NCBI RefSeq assembly: GCF_009914755.1
Contig: NC_060926.1
From: the human T2T-CHM13v2.0 reference genome, Homo sapiens
Strand: one strand, 5' to 3'
DNA length: 64,000 nt
This document shows, piece by piece, positions 60,651 to 64,000 of the stretch. The stretch's first letter is position 1; each line of letters starts with the position of its first letter. The translations under genes and the position numbers were made by a program. The notes beneath the pieces were generated by a model, which had not been told where the DNA came from, ran no database searches, and saw only the letters and a list, made by a program, of their open reading frames with translations.

Positions 60651-61444
60651 AAGATCAGTCTCCTAAAACCTCCTGCTATTCTTGAGAACTCATAGAAAAA
60701 ACATCTTATGTTCCTACCAAGACATTTCTAATGCATATAGACTGCAGTATTTCTAGATGTAAAGCCTGACTTCATCATTCACACTCTGAGGAAGTAAAAG
60801 ATTACCTCAGATGGAAATTTCTAGAAGATACTCTTTTCACTCTCTTCCCCCACTCAAGCACCTTTTGTGACAATCAGAATTTCTCTGGATCTCCTCATGT
60901 TTGGGGTACAAATGATGCTAAAAGTACAGAAATGGTTTAATATCAGTGGCTTATCAGAGGCACTTTCCAGTTCCCTCCAAGACTAACCTAAATCTTCCTT
61001 GGCATTCTCACCCTCACAGGTGCTCAGAGTTAGGGTTATGCCCCCTCCCATCCATGTTCTAGGTATAGTCACTTTCCACCCTCAGTTAGCAGTCAGTAAA
61101 TGTCACCATGATGCCAGGAATATATTTTAGTGTGAAATGAAGTTAAGGGTTCAGGGGTTAGGATAAAATGATTCTCTTCTCCACTCTGTTTATACCTTGT
61201 AATCTCCTCTTTAAGTTAACAGATTTATTCCTAGAATCTCAAAACTTCCCTCATGAACACCATGCCTCTAGATTCTGGTTCTATTTTTTCCCCACATATA
61301 AGGAAATGAAGGTTCTGGTTAACTCTTCTCCCTCCAGACTTTAAATTAGTGCAGAAGTTTAAGATGAGACAGATTCCCATTTCCCCTCATCTCTATATTT
61401 GGCACTTCCTCACAGAACTCGAGATTCCCCCTCCTTTTGAGCTT

Positions 61445-61504
61445 CACACGTGCGTGCACACGCACACAGATACATATACACTCTCACACACACACACACA
61501 TACA
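61445..61504. repeat. Imperfect (CA)n microsatellite
   Basis: cacacgtgcgtgcacacgcacac...cacacacacacacaca. Confidence 0.85.
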
Positions 61505-61639
61505 TTAAAAATTCATTCAAATAAATCCCTAGAATGATCACCAGCACAGCAGTTCCATAATTAGACAAATTTTAAATTGAAATTTGAAATTATATTAACA
61601 CTCTATGATCTCTCTCAAACTGGAGAGCTCCTACTGATC

Positions 61640-61872
61640 TTTCAAAACCTCTCTGAAGTCTTTCCTGATATCCCCCACACATAGTTGGTCCTGAATCCTT
61701 TGACCCTGTTCACATTATCCATATCACCTTTAATTTTAATGTCTTACTTAGGTGTCTATTTCCTTACAGAGCTCCTGGAGAGTATAGATCATTTCTTATT
61801 CAACCAGCACAGTATTAACATCCTTAGCACAGATCCCAACTTAATAAAATTTATGAATTAAATAATGCATGA
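61640..61872 (+). mobile_element. L2 3' end
   Basis: 'ctctgaagtctttcctga...gagctcctggag...cttagcacag...aataaaatttatgaattaaataatgcatg'. Confidence 0.6.
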
Positions 61873-62024
61873 TAGAAACCACCCAAGAAAGTGGATCTTG
61901 ATATTCTATTTTAAAATCTTGGGCTTTGGTTCTATAGTAGTTAAAATAAAGATTATGATTTTGATGATGGCTCACTCACCAAGACCTAATGATGAGCTCT
62001 AGCTTAATATAACTTAAATGAGTT

Positions 62025-63400
62025 CAACTTTATTTAGAAACGTTTGTTGAGCAGCTGCATGACAGGGAATATTATTGTAAGAAGATTCAGAAAAATGTTA
62101 ACATATGGAGTATTATAATTTGTGATATAACAATGATTAAAAACAACATATTATGAAAATATAAAGAAGTGAAAATTTTTTATTCAAAATTTTTGAGTAG
62201 AGGTAGATCTTTATGCTTTCAAAGTGGGTAGAAGGGCATTCCAAGTGAGAAAAGAATTGGAGCAAGAATGCAAAGACAAATGCGTATACAGAGTAGTGAA
62301 GAAACAACAGAGAGACAAAATTACTGCTACTTAGAATATGTAACTGACATATTAAGAGAAGGTGCCCCAGAAAATGATAGAAAAATGGGAAAGGACAATT
62401 GTAGAGAGCACTGATTAAATTTTTTCTGTTATTTATATTCCGAGGAAGGCCAAAGCTTTTGAGGAGAATGCTCCCATATTTCAGCAAGGTAACACATCTG
62501 TATCTAGAAATCTATTAGAATTTATAGGGACTGGATGCATTTTTTAAACACATCAACTACCAGTACCCTATTCTCTTACTTGCAGTCCTTGGGAAGAATT
62601 CTCAGTCATCTTCCTAATACTCAGGATGTATATGCTTACAGTAAATGCAATGTAGATGACTTTTTCTTTGAGGCATGCTTCTCATCCACTCATGTACCCC
62701 AAGGCAGCTAATATCAGAATCATTGATTGTCCCCTTTCCCTAAATTTCTACTTGCAAAAGTTGGTTATTTGCTTTATACAATTCTGGAAGACAAAGTTCA
62801 ACAAATCATTTAGCTAGGTCTTATTAATCAATTAACTCTAATTCATGCGTTAAAAAAATAACAACGTATTATAAATCAAATCCTTCAGAGTTCACCTCTT
62901 TATCTCCTGGAAAAAAGAAATAATCAATATTATTTGTAAAGACTTTTCATTCAGAGTTTGCTACCTGCCCTCTTTTCCTTATCTCCAAGACAGATGGCCA
63001 TAGAGAGAATAAGAATGCTTTATGTGTGGATCAGTCTAAGACTCCTAGTCAAAAATTAATAAGGTCTGGGACAAGTCACTAGGAAAGAAAAGAAAAAAAA
63101 TAGAGATCCTCTAGAGGTACAGATTTAGAGCTAGCAAGATTGGTCAAGATTCATATTAATTATGAAAATAATTTGAATCTGAAATGTCTCAGGGAGACTG
63201 CCAAAATCAGAGTGAGGTAAGTGCCTGAATGAGGCACGTATACCAGAGGCTACAGCAGAGAAGGAAGAACAGCTGAATAATGAAAAGGAGCCATAACATA
63301 GAAGAGACAAACCAAAAGAGTGTCATGAATTTTATAAAGAAGGTCATCAACATCACCATATGTTAGGGAAGGAGATCTTCCAATGTGAGCATGAAGAAGA
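62025..63400 (-). mobile_element. Discontinuous L2 fragments (about 62025-62500 and 63050-63400)
   Basis: Purine-rich plus strand with L2 motifs ('gtttgttgagcagctgc', 'agaagggcattccaagtgagaaaagaa...gcaagaatgcaaagac'). Confidence 0.45.
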
Positions 63401-64000
63401 GAAGCATGTGCTTTAACCAGAACTGGTATATTGTGTGACTCATGGTCAGCTCATGGTCATGCCACAACAGCCATAATCACTGCTTGCGGTCAACCACTGC
63501 TAGTCTGTTTTCTAACCTCATCTGTAATTGTCAAGTCTAAAACCAATCTGCCATGTTCTTATTAGGAAATCTCTAGCATCAGAATTATCATGCTGACTGT
63601 CCCAATGAAATTAAGTACTAAGTATATATTATGCTATTTTCTCTCTTAATGACTTCCCTGAATAATGAAACAAGGAGAGAAGAATGGCATTCTTTTTAAA
63701 TAATCTATCTCAAATATGCAGGCATTCAAATAGCTTTTGGTGGGAAGAGGGAAGATGCAAAAAAATTAAAAATCCCTAGCTGAGCACTGAATTTTTTTTA
63801 TCAGTGTTTATGCTACTCGCAAATCACTTGTCTTCTCCACCCTCTATCAAATCTCTTGCTTCTCAAGTTTTTCCAAGTGTCATTAGATATCTCAAGAAAA
63901 GTGAAAAGATAAATAACTGTTATATTAGTGGACATTTAGAGCAAACTTATCTGCCTGGTGTGATTGTTCAGTTTGGCTACCAAGGTCACTGAGAAACACT

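Noticed and set aside
62137-62487. 116-aa hydrophobic minus-strand ORF
   Set aside because: It overlaps a pyrimidine-rich L2 remnant, so the composition explains the ORF.

Overview
This is AT-rich, CpG-depleted primate genomic DNA. AluY/AluS/AluJ and L1PA elements point to a catarrhine, most likely human or a great ape. I recognise no host protein-coding exon; the ORF track consists of LINE-1 fragments, Alu/LTR read-throughs or chance ORFs. Most of the window is interspersed repeat. It includes a near full-length L1MA on the minus strand (4.6-11.5 kb) and a ~30 kb nested stack of almost entirely plus-strand L1s (24.7-53.7 kb). That stack contains a full-length but dead L1PA7-like element (44.1-51.05 kb) carrying several secondary rearrangements. 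Alus, MaLR/ERV1 solo LTRs, hAT-Charlie MERs, MIR and L2 remnants are also present. The stand-out non-repeat feature is a CpG-retaining island at about 18.8-19.65 kb. It has six exact CAGCTTCAA units in a 15/19/15 higher-order array, three TGCCGC (ZFP57-type) hexamers and a YY1 motif, and it lies just downstream of a textbook minus-strand branch point/polypyrimidine/AG acceptor. This suggests a repeat-bearing exon and/or promoter of a minus-strand, probably non-coding transcript that I cannot name. Repeat subfamily names come from remembered consensus sequences, not a database search, and boundaries of old elements are approximate.
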